Positions 22,802 through 35,740 of a stretch of DNA of 64,000 nt are shown piece by piece. Position 1 is the first letter of the stretch. Every line of letters starts with the position of its first letter. The notes under the pieces were generated by a model. That model did no database searches, was not told the DNA's origin, and saw only the letters and a list, made by a program, of their open reading frames with translations. Origin of the DNA: Klebsormidium nitens (lineage: Eukaryota > Plantae > Klebsormidiophyceae); contig DF237047.1 of assembly GCA_000708835.1 (NCBI GenBank), positions 124,001-188,000 on the forward strand, in the 5' to 3' direction. The translations under genes and the position numbers were made by a program.

Positions 22802-25800
22802 ATGGCCGCCGCAGAGAATGGCACAGCAACTGCCGCCACCTCATCAGAAAACAACCACTCTCCCCGCTCTATCCTGGCAGCAGTGGACCCGTCCGAAGAA
22901 TCTTCGTACGCTTTCAACTGGTATCTGGACAACATCGCACGTCCGGAAGACAAAGTAACCACACTGTCTGTAGAGGAGGTTTCGGACTTCAGCTTCTTCC
23001 TGAAACCAGAGGACATCGATGAGTTGGAGAACCAGAGGCGGGAGGAAGTCCAGAAGCTGCTGGCAAATTTTTCTGAGAAGGCAAAGGAAAAGGGGGTGAG
23101 CATAGCTTATCAGCAGTTCCTGTTGGCTCATTGCACCACCAATTGTGGCTTTTGAGGGTTTTTGGTATTTGCACCACTTCTATTGGGGCGGAACAAAACT
23201 TGGTTGTATTTGGTTCAAAATTGAGTTGCTGTTGTTTCATGATTGCTGCACCACCAAGAGTGAAGTTTTACAGGTTTTTTACGAATGCTCCAATTCAGAA
23301 TATAAAACCAGAGAAGTTTTTCTTTAAGCTGCATTTGACCAGTTCATTGTTGTGCGCATTACTAAACAGCTGCACAGACCAATGCACCTTTTTCTGAAAG
23401 TTTTCGCTGAGCTGCAGTTTCGTGTCTCTCAAAAGACCAAGCTGCTATAAGTGAACGACAGCTAAACCTCTGGTCTGGTGAACATTGGTTTCTCATTGGC
23501 AATCTAGATGCAATAGAAGAAGACCATTCAACTTTTTCGAACATATGTTGATCAAAGACCGCACTGATAAGAATCGCAGAAACTCAACAGCAGCCTTGAA
23601 GAGTATTTGAACACCACTAGTTAATCTAATAACTCCATGATTTACAGCTCAAATGAAATATCTTCGTGTATATCTGCCTTGCACTTTGCAAACCGTCCAC
23701 CTGAGAGTAACGAAAATTTCTTTTTATGTGCCTTGAGACAACTTTTTGAGTTTCTAATGTGGTTTGCAACAAGCCCACTTGTTTAATTTTGTCGTTTTAA
23801 GACCCGCCCATACTTACATGAAGGTTGCGCCCTAGGTCCTACATCGACTGGTCGCCCTAGATGCTACATCAATTGTTTAGTCTCATATTTCGTCATTCTC
23901 AGAATCAGCCTCTAGAATAAGGTATCCCTCACTTTGTATGTCACATCCAAGTACTCTGTGAACATTCTTCTCCTGTACTCAACTCTTGTTCTGTCTGGTC
24001 ATATTTTGCCATCAAAGGTATTCAAACAAGCTGCATCGTAGCGCATTTCATCCTTTCGGTCTCATCAATTCCAACGTACAAATATTCACTCTTCCTCGCT
24101 CTTGTCGCAATGGTCTCCCTGAATGCCTCACTTCTTCTCCTTGCAGGTGACCACTGTTTCCGAGACGGCTGCAGGCGATGCCCGGCAGATCATCATTGAG
24201 AAGGCCGAAAAGGATGGCTACGAACTGCTTGTCATGGGTTCCAGGGGACTGGGGGCCATCAAGAGGCAAGTGGGCCATCTTTATGGATTGCTCCTGGTCT
24301 TTTTGATTCTGCAAATTGGTTTTTTCATTCGCAAGTTTTGTTGAATAGTCGATCAAGGAAGAGCTATTTGTGTTGAATCGATTGAGAAAGAGCTTATGAA
24401 AAGTGCAGTAGTTGCGCAGGAACAATATTTCTTGGGCCTGATTACAGTTTTGGAAAGAGCGGGCTACTCATCTGCTCCAAGTTGGAAACATGCTGCCTGC
24501 CACGCCGGCAGAGAACGTGAAGACTAAGTCTTCTTTGTAATCTTCCGCCAGTGGTGAATCGTTTGACCCAAATCTTTCCGATTACAATCGAGGTCCTCAG
24601 CGCTTCAAGAAGACCTGCTACATTCGGAGAACTCAGGCAATTTTCTCTAACAGAGCAATTGCCTCATTTGTCATCTTCTCATTTTGAAGCACTTACTACA
24701 CTGCCCACATCTTCACTGCGAACGTACATTCGAATTGTACTGGTATCTAATTTGGCACTAAACTGCTCAACTTGTAATACTGGACGGGTGTGGAGTGAAA
24801 AAGGGGTTTAGGCTGGGCACAGATGCGGACCGGCTATATACAATGGTTGAGGTGGCTTCGTTCTCACTATATTCTGAGCTTATCAGGATTATTCTAGAAA
24901 GATATTCCAACTTTTCTCCACACCAATCGTCCAGGTCACATTGTGGCTGTTGAAGTTTTCCTTCCACAAGATCATCCTCCGTGCACCGCTTGTGAATCTT
25001 GCCTGGCCCTCTTTACTTCCCCATCTGCGGTGCTCTTTTGTAAACTTTTCGTGCTTGGTTGACTCACCCTTTTGTCGTTTTTTTCTCATATCACCCGCGA
25101 TGAGGATGAACGCCCCCTCCCCAGCAGGACTGGCTTGTTCTTGCCTACAAAGTCTTCGAATTTCAATTCAACGCTAGCGACAAAAACACTTTTGAAATGA
25201 CGACCCCGTTCCAAGAGTGAGCACCTCTCTTTGGGACCGTCCTGTAAAGCATCTCAGGCTTAGAGCTCACCAACCAAGTCTCATTCACACCATCAGATGA
25301 TTCTCACAGCCCTTAATTCATGCCAACCCCGGCTCTAATCTTCAGCAGGACCTGTATGGACAGAGCGTGTCGCAGGTCCGACAAACACATCTACACGTCC
25401 AGCTCGTCGGGAGAATAGGCTATCCCACGAAGAACTCATTCACACCGATTCCCTCTCGGTTTGCAGGGCAGTCCAGTACAGTCCAGTACAGCTTCTGTGA
25501 ATGGAATCTCGATTAAGGGCAACTGTCGTCGAAGCTCAAAATCTGGTCATCCGCTTCCAGAACGGTCTCATGTAAGGGCTAACTGCCATCAAGTGTAAAA
25601 TGAGCCCATTCACACCGATTCCCCGTCGGCTTGCAGGGCGTTTTCTGGGCACTGTCTAGCACTGAATTCGCCTAAGGCCAACTGACGTCAAATCTGAAGA
25701 AGAATTCCCCCGCTCCCACTGACCTACCCAGAACGAGCTCATTCACACCGGCCCCCCCTTTGCAGGACGTTCCTGGGCAGTGTGTCCGACTACTGCCTTC

Positions 25801-28800
25801 ACCAGGCGTCGTGCCCCACTCTAGTTGTCCGCAAGAAAGCACTTGACGGCGTCCCAAAGCAGGCGGACGGCCCCCGCAAGGTCGCCGTAGCGGTCGACGA
25901 TTCCGAAGGATCGGCGTACTCGTTCGACTGGGCTTTGAAGAACGTCGCGCGGCCGGGGGATCTGGTGCTGGCAATCCACATCCGCTCGCCCGCGTATCTG
26001 CGCTACCCCGTGGCAGGTGAGGGGTTGAGGAAGCAGTTAGGTGTGGGTTAGGGTGGGTTTGGAGGGGTTCACGGAGACTATTTTGCGGGTGGGGGACCTG
26101 GTGCTGGCCATCTATATCCGCTCGCCCGCGTATCTGCGCTACCCCGTGGCAGGTAAGGGGTTTAAGATTGCGGTGAAGGATGTCGTTGATTGTGGTTAGG
26201 AGGTTTTTGGAGGGGTTTTGAATGAAAGTCGCGCACGTGGAGGATCTGTGCTGGCCATCCATGTCCGCTTGCCCGCGTGTTTGTCGCAGGTGAGGGGTCA
26301 AAGACAAGGTTAAGGGGTTAATCTGGTTAAGGGGTTAAGGAAAATGAGATGCTGCCTCTGGGGGTAGATTGTTAAGTTAGATATCTGGCGAAGTGGTAGG
26401 GGCTTTGAAAGATAGGCTGATCGATGGGTGCGGGAAGGGACTCTGTGAGCGATACCGTTGTTTGGATTTCTCGACATTCAGTGTTCTTTGGATCTTACGG
26501 CGGCCGCCTTCAACTCGTGGATCCCTCCTTTCTCCAGTGAGTATAGAAGTCATACTCAGCCTCTTTTTCTGACGATCAGGGGATTAGGAAGCGTCTCGTG
26601 ATTCCAATCCGTTTCTAGTACAGGATGCGGAATACCCGTGCCCCCTCCCGATGTTGACACTCCTCGTGAGTGCCCAGATTCCAATTTCATTCTGAGGTTT
26701 ACCACCAACATTGAAAACATCACAGTTGGAGAGGTTTCTTTCGCTTGCTGTCTGAACGACTCTTCCCAACGTCCTTGCTCGTTTCGAAGCAGCCCCTATT
26801 ACTCCGCATTTCCGGTCAGCTTCCGGTCAATACCGGTCGGCTGTGCGCTTTTGGCGAGTCCAGTCATACGGGACCCGTTTCTTGCAGCCGGATATTCCCT
26901 CCCGCCCCCTCCTCTTCGAACTTCGCGTGAGTTGTCCGGCAGTCGTACTCAGTTACGAAGTCGGTTATGTACTTGGTCAACACTTGGTTGTACATTCGGT
27001 TTTAACTGGGTTATGTACTCGGTTATGTCATGGGTTACGTACTCTATTATGTGCAGGCTTATATCCTCCATTATGCTCTCAAGCATTTTTTCGCACATTT
27101 TCTGCTCATCACAAACAAAGGGGTAGTGCCTTAGGGTGTTTACGACTTCCTAGAAAACCTGTCTCCTATCATTTGTTCAAGTCAACTGGTTGGACAGACC
27201 TGGGCGATTTGTTACGAGTGTTTCCTGTGCTTGAGCTGCTCCTTACTCTCAGATTCGTCCTTCGTAGATCCGCCAGTGTTGCCGCGCTTTCCAACCGCAG
27301 CCACTTGCTCCCTCGAAAGCGAAGATGTTGAGTCTCTTCCTCCACTGCATGAAAGTTCCTTTCAAAGGGAATCTCTCGGGCGGGAATATTTGGCTCCATC
27401 GCACAGTCCTCACCTTTCTTTTTGATTATGTGTTTGAAAAAAGTCCTGTTGACAGGCACATAGCTGTCCATGTCCTAGCTGACCTTGTCCGTGCGCTCCG
27501 CTTTCGAAAGATGCCCACTGATATCGGCCGCCGAGTCTTTCTTGAAGCCGCTCATTCGTCTTTTTCCTTCGTGTCGCCTAAAGAGATCGTCACCGATTTT
27601 ATTCGACAATTAGACCAGCGACAACCCGCCCGCTTTCCCCTGTCCTCCGTTTTGTCTCTGCCAACGACTCTCACAAGTTTCAAAGATAACTTTCAAGCAG
27701 AACAATAGTTGAGATTTACCCTCATCTTTGGACAATCTCGTCCCAGTGGCCTTTCCTTCTCCTTTCCGTTCCGCCTCTAGTGACGCCCATCGTTCCTGGT
27801 CACCATTTTCTGGGGAAGCCGCTCACTTCTGTTCCTTCTTTTCTCTGTTCGCGATTTGCTGGTGCTATGCTCGCCCATCGTCCGCTCAGAATCGAGCTCT
27901 CCTCTTTACGTATAGCCTCCACTGACTCCTGTCATTTCTGAGATTCCTTGATTCTGATCCTTTCATTCCTTCTACTGATCTTGGTCGTCTGTATTTTCTC
28001 GCAGAGATGGGCATGGGCGAGTACTACATGCCGCCTGACGTCATCGCTGACATGGAGAAGTCGTCAGCAGAGCAGGCCGAGCAGCTCGTCCGCAAGTTTG
28101 TCAAGCGGGCCGTGCACGAGTACAAGGTAAAACCCTCAGACCCACAGGTTTGCTTAACCCTGCAACTCTAGTTTTGTTAGCAAAGCAAGCTCCGCCAAGC
28201 GCACCGTGCACCAGTACAAGGTAAACCCTCAAACCCAAAGTTTGCTTGACCCTGAAACAGGCCAAAAACCCTGTAACCCTGTCAGTGAATGCCTACGAAT
28301 ACAGGGTGAAAATCTCGAAAAAGGTCTGCTTAACCCTAGTGTAAGTGCGTAAGCTTGTTATCAGGAGAGTACGCTTAGACAGCTCACCAAATCGTCGTCA
28401 AGCGCGCCGTGCACAACTATGGTACAAGGTGAAGCCCTAAACCCACTAAGTTTTTTAACCCTCAATTCGTATTGTCGTCAGCCTGGAGCAACTCTGGGCG
28501 GCGTTCGAAAAAATGTCAGGTGATCACCCAAACAGTACATCACAAGGACCCCCAATTTCCTGTGTGTATGAAACGTAGCAAATGGTGGTGTTGAGCTCGA
28601 GTATCCCATGAATGCAGCCCTGTGAATCTTTTCTCACAGATGAAGTGCAAGGACTACGTGCTCCTCCATCGCGTATGCAACTGCCGTCCCCTCATTCACT
28701 CGCCAGAAACTGCGTGATAGTGCAAAGATTGCATTTGTGAAGCTCTTTCGTTCAAGATCTGATGAAGCTTTTTGTTTTCTTTCTTTCCGATGAAGTGCGA

Positions 28801-30674
28801 AAGCTACCTTTCTACACTTGTTTGCCTCGAACACCTCGATCTGCTTGAGGGCAAAGCTTCAGCCACAAACAGAAACTCTTTGACTCCTTGCTTACAGATG
28901 AAGTGCGAGGGCTACGTGTTCCACACCTGTTTGTCCTGAAAACCTCTATTTGCTTGAGGGGAAGGCTTCAGCCGCAAATGAAGCTCTCTGATTCCTTAAT
29001 TGCAGATGAAGTGCGAGGGCTACGTGTTCGCCACTTGTTGTCGTTGAAACCAACATTCACTTGAAGACAAAGCTTCAGCCAGGAATGAAACTCTCTGATT
29101 CCTTGCTTACAGATGGAGTGCGAGAGCTACGTCTTCCACACCTCTCTTTCTTTGAAAACCTGTACCTGCTTCAGCCAGGAATCGGAAAACTCGGATATTC
29201 TGCTCGCAGATGAAGTGCGAGGGCTATGTCTTCCGCGGCGATGCGCGCGAGCTTTTGGTGGAGGAGACGGAGAAGCTGGGAGCCGCGGTGCTGGTCATGG
29301 GCAGCCGGGGACTGGGCGCCATCTCCAGGTAACCGCTGACACTCTCTTTCTATTTCAGCCGTGTCCAGGTAGTTAGCGCATGCTTGGTGTCAAGATCGTG
29401 GCTGGATGGTCGCCATCTCCAGGTAAAGCGCTGACACCACCCTTATCTTTTACGACTTTCTTTGAATGGTATTGGCAGATGTAGTGTCAATATCGTGGCG
29501 GGTTGGTCGCCGTAACCAGGTGAGCGCTGACACTCCCTATCAGTTTCAGCCGTGTCCAGGTCTTTAGTGCATACCTAGTGTCAAGATCGTGGCTGGTGGG
29601 TCGCCCTTTCCAGGTGGGCGCTGATACCACCGTGCCTTTCCCAGCTTCCTGTAACGGCACAGCTTTCGTCAAGTCGTTAAGAGTTGCAATCAGGATTGCT
29701 ACTGGTTGATCGCAGTCTGCAGATGGACGCTGATAGCACAAGCGTTCTGCATTTCCTCCCTTTTTTTCCATTTAAATACTGAAGTCGGTGGCCGCAATAG
29801 CTCTTGACCAATCAAGCGCCTATGACCATTCTAGATTATCGATCGTCCAGTCGCAAAATCCAATTACTCAATCTGTACAGAGGAGGACGCCTCCATTGAA
29901 GCCATCCTCGCCTTTTCAGCTTTTGGGGGGTAGGCTGCGGCAGTGGGCTCGTGCTCGGACGTGCAGTATCTCACCAATGATGGAGGGACCTGAGGACGTT
30001 TTTAAGCCGTTAAAATTTTGCGAAGCCAAGCACGTTCTCGCGTTCTTTATCCTTCGTTTCAGCGGTTCAAGGAGATGCCACGTTCTCTTAATGTTTGTGA
30101 CCCTCTTTGCAAACCTCGCTCCACTAACCTTTCTTTCTCGATGAACCCTCTCGCTGACCTTCTTTCTAACCACCTCATTGAGCATCTCGTGGGCGTGAGC
30201 GACTACTACCCCCACCACTGTTTCTGACCCACTTTGTGACCCTCTCCTCTTGTTCTGGTACCCTTGCTAACTCAACCTTTATCCTCTTCTAACCCTGTTT
30301 CTAACCACCTCGTCAACGTACAATGCGCAGGACCATCCTGAGGAGCATGAGCGACTAATGCGCCCACCACCGCCCGTATTTCATAACCTTCATTCTAACC
30401 TTCCTTCTAACACCTTGTTAACCATCACGCAGGACCATCCCATGACCGAGCCCATCTACTGCCCGTACTTCGGTAACCTTCTTTCTAACCCTCCTTCTAA
30501 CCACCTCATTAACTACCTCGCAGGACCATCCTCGGGAGCGTGAGCGACTACTGCGCTCATCACTGCCCGTGCCCGGTGCTCGTTGTCAAGCAACCCAAGA
30601 CTGACGTCAGCGCGACGCTGAAGAAGGAAGAGGAGGGGGCTAAGAAGGAAGAGGAAGAGAAGAAGCAAGAATGA
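22802..30674 (+). CDS. Universal stress protein with two tandem USP domains (~351 aa)
   Basis: Exons 22802-23095, 24147-24265, 25766-26016, 28005-28126, 29210-29328, 30524-30674 (1056 nt). Two USP folds: ILAAVDPSEES..LLVMGSRGLGAIKRTFLGSVSDYC and VAVAVDDSEGS..VLVMGSRGLGAISRTILGSVSDYC. Intron 24266-25765 needs a GC donor (AG|GCAAGT). Confidence 0.92.
25435..26300 (+). repeat. Exon-edge echoes flanking USP exon 3
   Basis: Acceptor echoes with AG at 25465-6 and 25635-6 (real 25764-5); donor echoes with GT at 26153 and 26290 (real 26017). Confidence 0.85.
28185..30480 (+). repeat. Exon-edge echo arrays around USP exons 4, 5 and 6
   Basis: Donor echoes with GT at 28221, 28306, 28429; acceptor echoes ATG(A/G)AGTGC at 28640, 28790, 28898, 29006, 29113 (real 29210); donor echoes with GT at 29423, 29520, 29614; acceptor echoes at ~30160-30225, AG 30329-30 and AG 30431-2 (real 30522-3). 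Confidence 0.9.
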
Positions 30675-32697
30675 TCACAGGGCTTCATGGATCGAGCGGG
30701 GCTCAATATATCTCTTCTCGATCTTGATTGGGCCTAGGGAAACAAGATATTAACGGTGCTTGAGCGGGCAATACTTGGTCTTGGCAAGAGGTCAGTTTCG
30801 AGCTCCTACTGTTCGAAGAGAAGAAGAAAAAGTGTTCACGGGGGTCTCAGGGATCGAGAGGAGCCCAGTCGTCACCTGTTCTACGAAAAGGAACAAGAAG
30901 CTGCTATTACTTGTACTAGCTTGGCCAAACTCTGTCTTAGGCAAGTTTCATTTTCGACTTCTTACTGCTTTCGTAATTACATAGAAGGTCTAGGCAGAGG
31001 TCAGTCAAGCTGGAGAAAATAATTTGACGTGGCGTTAAATGCATCCGGAGGAAGTACTTGCCCCGAGAGTGAGTCGAATACCTATACTTAGTCAAGTAGA
31101 GGTTGCATAGTAAACAACGTTATCGGCGTCATCAGTCCGTCGGGCAATGAAGACTGGACATCAGAATCGGTTTGGAAGCATTCGGGCGAAGGTGGTGTGT
31201 CTCCGAGTCGGTGCCCAAGTAGTTGTAACAGACATGTGTTAGCTATAAAGGACCTTATCTTACTGTAGAATACTCCATAAAACGACAGTCACAAAACTTG
31301 GCCATTGAAAAGCCAGCCGGCCGGGCTGTAGCGTCATTGTGAGCAAGCAATGATGTATGATGCCTGACACAACATACTCCAGGTTCAAAGCATAGCTAGA
31401 TGCACCGGGCGTCCGACCAGTGGCAAAAGCTCGATCCAAGCGCCGTGGCGGACAAGGATAGAAACAGAGGGAGCCGGGCGCCGTGGGCGCATGTGTATAA
31501 GATTTGATGGCAAACATTCAAATTTTGAAAGGATAAGGTGACCGGTGTCTTAGTATGACGTAGCTAGCCATATACAGGCTGCCCGGCGAAGCATCACGGG
31601 CAATCAGCTAGCTTTACGCACGGAGCTGCATGTACGTTTGTATTATATAGTCGGACCGCGTTTCAGACGCATCAACTATAACTCAGTGCCGGCGCCAAGC
31701 TGGCTCTGCGGCCAGCCGCGGCGCCCGTCAAGTCGGTGGCCCTATAGGCAGATGTATTGTACGAGTCCCCTGGCGCGCTAGGAGTTGCATTCAATGAAAC
31801 TTCAATGCATTCCCGACTTGAATTGTATTATAGCTAGCACAGCACGGTCATGCTTAACAGGTTAACCACGGCACATAGATCACTAACTTGTCACTACAAT
31901 GCAACGATACCCGATCAGTGGATGCTCAAGGGCTTTCAGTACACAGCTTCCATTTTGAGTTACACGGCAAATGCATCCATGCTCACACGCACAGCTTGTG
32001 GCAGTAGAAATCAAAGCTCTTGACCAAACTTCGTTGCAAAGATTCACAAGTTCAAGTGGAAAACTGCAGCGATCGCTTTGAACTCAACTAAAGGAACGTC
32101 TTCTTTACGATTTTCTCAAGAATTAACCACCTGGGATGCAGCCTAATCGATGATGAGTGTGAGCAAGTAACCTTAAGAACTTGTGACCAACTTAAGACAA
32201 GGTTTCCTTTGACCTCGACTTCAATTATCCCCTAACGCCTACTGATGATCCACAGAGGCGGTCCTGACAAGCAACAAACCTTCGACAACAAGCAACGGGT
32301 TAAGTTCGAATGGTCTCAATGTTGTTTCATCCATTCGGGAACGTGGTGACCTTCGACGCCCGCGTGTGAACCTCGTGATACCGGTGACAACCCACTGAAC
32401 GCTTCAGAAAGCATTTTCTTTGGCGCTGATCATAGCTTTACATTTGGCGACGCCCCGTCGACATCGTGGCTCCCCTTATTTATGCGAGAATGCTCTTTGC
32501 CGCCAATGTGGCAGCCGCTGCGTATGCTCCTGCTTATGTATTGATCGACTACGGCTATATACCAGCAGGTTTGCTGACTTTCTGTTGTGCCAGGAATATA
32601 CCTTTCTGTAGCGGGCTGTATCGGGCTCATCGTCTCTTGAGTGCAGCCGGTGTCGGCTGACGTCGGCATGATCGTCGTCCTTGCTCACAGGGGAGCC

Positions 32698-35600
32698 TTA
32701 GTAACTCTGAACCGGCTTGTGGATGTTCTCGCGAACCCGTCTCCTCAGCTCTTCGTTTTGCTGCAGCATACATTAAAAAAGAGTGTGAGAACGGGACCGT
32801 TTCGAGAAGAGAAGTGCTTTTGGTTCGGTCGAACAGGTTGTGTACTAAAAACAAAACGCTTCCATAATGCTTGGAGGTCTGCTTCCGACTGCAAGCAAAG
32901 AGAAGTGAGGTACAGAAGGAAAGGTCCGAAAGGAGTTCGCCTCGAGCTTCTGTCTTATCTACAAAAACAACCGTACAGACCGAGTATACCGTTTTGTCCA
33001 CTCTATCCCGACGCTTAAGCGACAACACGGTTTGACTGACGTGATCCAGCATACTAACAGCGTCGTAACTTGGACAATCGAAAACTGGCTTCTTGCAAAC
33101 ATCCCCAACGTCGAATCGAATCGAGGATTAGAACGTCGCATAACATCGTCAGCAATCAGCGTAACCCAAGCCCCTCTGGTCTGCAGGAGGGGTTCACTCC
33201 CAGCCAGTACAAACAGATCAATTCATAAAGAAAACGGACCTGAACAAGCGCAGCGGCCTCCTCGTCAAGGCTCGCGTTTCTGCTCTCGAGGTCCGCGACC
33301 CTGGCCTCTAGCTGCGCCAGCAACAGCTTCTTCTTCTCGCGTGCCTGCTGGGCACTTACGCGGTTGCGCAGCAACCTGTAAAGGGCGGAAAGGTTCGTAA
33401 GCGGCCGGACGTTATAATAAGCCGCTGTGGCCTGTGGCATAAGCCGCTGTGGCGAGATCATGAGCAGCTGGACGATTGATCTGACGCGTTTTGTGCAGCA
33501 ATTTGGAGTGGGCGCACTGAAGTTAAGCAGCAGGGAGGACAGATGAGCAGCCGAATGAACCTGACAATTGCAAAGAAAAGTTTCAAGATCGACATATCAC
33601 TGTGGTTTCCGCCCTAGAGGGACCAATTTGAGGCAAAAACGCTGCATTGCGCACTGCTTCGGGTTAGATTTGGATTCCGCAGTGAAACATCCGCCGACAA
33701 CTTGCTAGGGCTTGAAAAAACTCGCTCTAGTAAGGATGGAAACGTTGGTCCACTCAAGCGACTTTTCAGCCAGTTTTGACAGCTTGGGGCAGCTGCAAAA
33801 GAAGCGCAAAGAAGCTGACGAAACCTCGTCCTACCTTTTCTTTCGTCCGAGGGCCTTAGCGGGGGGAAGCCCGACCAGGGGCGCTCCGTCCAGCATGACC
33901 GGCTCGGCCTCTTCACCAACCTGGGGGTTGCTCCCCTCCGACGAACTAGACCGGGGGGTGGAAACACTAGGCGGTGCAGCCCCCAACAACGGGGAGGGGA
34001 TGGGAAGCGAGGGGGGGCGGGAAGCGCTCGGGCCTGTGACAGGGAGAGTTGGCAATCAGACTTTGAGCCTGCTGATTGTTATCCTACTTCTCAAGACATC
34101 GCGTGTGGCCTCTTGGGGTAAGGCTTCTTAAACCGCGCGAAAAGGGGTGTCTATATGTGCGAGGGGGGACTTCCAGGGGGGCATCCTGCCTGTCCCAGGA
34201 CCCTCTACATTCGTTTAACTCAACTGTGACATTCGTTTCCAGCGGAGACACAAAGGATGTGTTTGCAATTGTTAGAAAACAGGACAGATGCATGCACCCC
34301 CAAGAGGAAGGAAGAAAGGCGCCACTTTGTGAGGAAGGGATGCTAAGTTACCTTCCAGCACTCGCCGCCGCTTGATTTTCTTCTCCTGGTCTGCCGTCTG
34401 CCGCTGCATCCGCTTGACTGCGGCCTCCTGAGCCCTGCAGAACAATGGACTAGAGACCTAAGAACAAGGGAATCGGTTACCGGAACATTGGTTTGTATGA
34501 CAGTAGGATCTGAAATGGAAGAAGTTTTGGAACAGGCATCGAGCTGGTCGCTCTACACCTTCAATCATGTGCTTGCCGCATTTTCTAGCAGGGAGGCAAA
34601 GTTGAGTCAACAGGAGCTCTCATGCCACAGAAACATGAACTGCTGACATGACTAAGTGAGCCACACTGGGGGAGAAAAGCTTACGCATTTCCCATCGGCA
34701 ACTGAGGCGCGGCGGTTCCAAAGGGCGGGAAGTATCCAAAGGGCGAAAACGATGGCATTCCGTGCGTGAAGCCGGGGGGCGGAACTCCGAGCACTGGCTT
34801 CATGTCTGCAGCAAGAGCGGTGTATTCAGAAACAGCATCGATTTTTCTTTACCAACATGAAATGTTGCTAAACTCTAACGGACTTCTCAGACTATCCCAT
34901 TTTCCGCCTGACTAGAACTTCTTGCTAAGGCAACTGAAGCTCTCCTTATGTCATCTTTCTTCGCACCCCCTCCCTTTGAATCACCAATGTAGAAACCAGG
35001 TCTCTTGGACTTTACCAACCATTGCAGTATGCATAGACTTTACCAACCATTGCAGTATGCATAGGAGCCATAGTTCACCTGCGCTGCTTGTGGTCGGGGC
35101 GTGATGTGCCTGCAGCAATGCATTCTTTGCCTCTTCTTGCTGTACTCTCCGCAGCATGCGCTCTTTTTTGCTGTGACCAACGTGCTGGGGGCCGCTTGTG
35201 CTAGGGCCCTGCTGTGCAGCAGAGTCCCCAAGTGTCAACGGCTGGTTCCCTGCAGGGTTAGTGCAGAAACCCTCAGTAATGCGCAGGGATGACATCAATA
35301 GATGAGGAAGCTGTTGAAAGTTGCGACACAAGTGATTGATGGATGGACTATAGCGCAAGAGATGCACAAGATACGAAGAAAGATAAAATGGCAATGAGCA
35401 GACTGGGCAGGAGCTTTCTGTGTTCAGAGTCCCAGAGGTTGATGTGCAGCCACAAATCTGCACGACCGTCTAAAACTCACAATACCAATATACGAGCTTG
35501 TGCATCTCAAATCAATAATGAGGGGCTAATCAACAACCAGCAATGTGCAGATTGACAACTCCCCGGGCATGAGCCACAACAGTTTGCCAGCTTACCTAAC

Positions 35601-35740
35601 ACTTGTTCAATCAACTTCTGCATTTCGAGCTCGTCCTGCGTCAGGGGCTGCGCAGGAGCTGCCATCCTGGGGACAGGCCGCGCGATCGGCAGAGGCGCAA
35701 CGGCGACTGCCACAGAGTTGTCGCCAAATTCTCGCTGCAT
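32698..35740 (-). CDS. bZIP transcription factor, HY5/HYH-like basic region (~305 aa)
   Basis: Exons 35740-35596, 35249-35079, 34805-34685, 34434-34352, 34033-33835, 33375-33240, 32760-32698 (918 nt, in frame). GRKKR|[16 protein letters not shown] followed by a leucine zipper [27 protein letters not shown]|QNEELRR. The N-terminal exons are less certain; a probable 5' UTR exon ends near 36482. Confidence 0.8.
35008..35063. repeat. Perfect 28-nt tandem duplication in bZIP intron 2
   Basis: GACTTTACCAACCATTGCAGTATGCATA x2 (35008-35035, 35036-35063). Confidence 0.95.

Noticed and set aside
32959-33180. Possible bZIP terminal exon after the acceptor near 33180
   Set aside because: It gives no zipper continuation, whereas 32760-32698 ([12 protein letters not shown]) continues the helix.
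33614-33967. Alternative reading frame for bZIP exon 5
   Set aside because: Phase does not join to the basic-region exon; the [13 protein letters not shown] frame fits both flanking junctions.
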